A stretch of 32,000 nt of DNA from Blochmannia endosymbiont of Camponotus modoc (lineage in GTDB: Bacteria; Pseudomonadota; Gammaproteobacteria; Enterobacterales; Enterobacteriaceae): contig NZ_CP097765.1 in the NCBI RefSeq assembly GCF_023585785.1, positions 30,001 through 62,000 of the forward strand. Direction: 5' to 3'. Position 1 is the stretch's first letter. Every line of letters starts with the position of its first letter. The notes beneath the pieces were generated by a model. The model was given only the letters and a program-made list of their open reading frames with translations. It searched no databases and was not told the DNA's origin. Below, piece by piece: positions 31,454-32,000 of this stretch. The position numbers were made by a program, and so were the translations under genes.

Positions 31454-32000
31454 TTAATAAGATCTGATTATTTGGAAGACTTTGATGAGTTTCTGGTGAT
31501 TTTTAATACCTGGTTTAATTTCAACTCCAGAATTAAAATCTAAACCTAAACAACCTATGCGCGCCGCTTTATTACAATTGTTTATTGTCAATCCTCCGGC
31601 TAAAATTACTTTATCTAATTGCATACTAGAAAGCAGCGACCAATCAAAGTTTTTTCCGCTACCCCCTCCATTATCTGCTAAATAGCGGTCCACGTTTAGT
31701 ATATTACATTTCGACAATGGTCTGTGATTCATATTAATACTTTTCCATATATGACATGTCATGGGTAATCGTGTCCGCAAAATATTAATATAATCTTGAT
31801 TTTCTGTGCCATGGAGCTGAACTGCTGCTAGTCCTAATATGTTAACTATGGTAACAATATAAGAAATTGTAGCATTACAAAACACACCAACATAACTTAA
31901 ATATTTTACACAAGAAACAATACGTTGTGCAATTGTGATATTTATGTAGCGAGGTGAAGTGGGAACAAAAATTAGTCCTCCATATATTGCACCCGATTTG
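31454..32000 (-). CDS. trpC: bifunctional indole-3-glycerol-phosphate synthase / phosphoribosylanthranilate isomerase, C-terminal (PRAI) part only
   Basis: The track ORF starts at an internal Met (31885). The reading frame stays open up to the window edge and reads KSGAIYGGLIFVPTSPRYINITIAQRIV...YVGVFCNA upstream of it. LAAVQLHG, GGSGKNFDW and GLDFNSGVE...PGIK match the E. coli TrpC PRAI domain. Confidence 0.93.
   Translation of the reverse strand, partial: KSGAIYGGLIFVPTSPRYINITIAQRIVSCVKYLSYVGVFCNATISYIVTIVNILGLAAVQLHGTENQDYINILRTRLPMTCHIWKSINMNHRPLSKCNILNVDRYLADNGGGSGKNFDWSLLSSMQLDKVILAGGLTINNCNKAARIGCLGLDFNSGVEIKPGIKNHQKLIKVFQIIRSY

Noticed and set aside
31454-31885. A 143-aa stand-alone ORF as listed in the track.
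   Set aside because: It is not a separate gene. The frame stays open upstream of the listed Met to the window edge and continues the TrpC(F) PRAI domain (GAIYGGLIFV...).

Overview
The window is strongly AT-rich and gene-dense, and reads like part of a reduced enterobacterial endosymbiont chromosome. Gene content and order resemble what I recall for ant endosymbionts of the Blochmannia type, but I cannot verify that here. I can support 25 protein genes, all recognisable orthologs of E. coli housekeeping genes: pykA (partial), zwf, htpX, cspC, manZ-manY-manX, yoaE, pabB, tsaB, minE-minD-minC, dsbB, gapA, sppA, xthA, hns, tdk, clsA, tonB, yciC, trpA, trpB and trpC(F) (partial). I found no rRNA, tRNA, CRISPR array, transposase or IS element, phage gene or defence-type gene. 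I do not see a novel multi-gene system in this window. All ORFs of convincing length are conserved core genes, and the remaining track ORFs are antisense or low-complexity artefacts. The items worth a second look are these: (1) a 1.96-kb ORF-free gap between xthA and hns, whose right part carries weak GalU-like peptide traces at the syntenic position; (2) a short yobF-like relic just upstream of cspC; (3) several unusually long, perfect or near-perfect palindromes in spacers (29-bp, 22-bp and 20-bp stems); (4) G8 and long poly(A/T) homopolymers inside intact coding sequence; (5) a TonB that keeps its membrane anchor and C-terminal domain but has lost the proline-rich spacer. Homology statements rest on my recollection of E. 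coli protein sequences, not on database searches.
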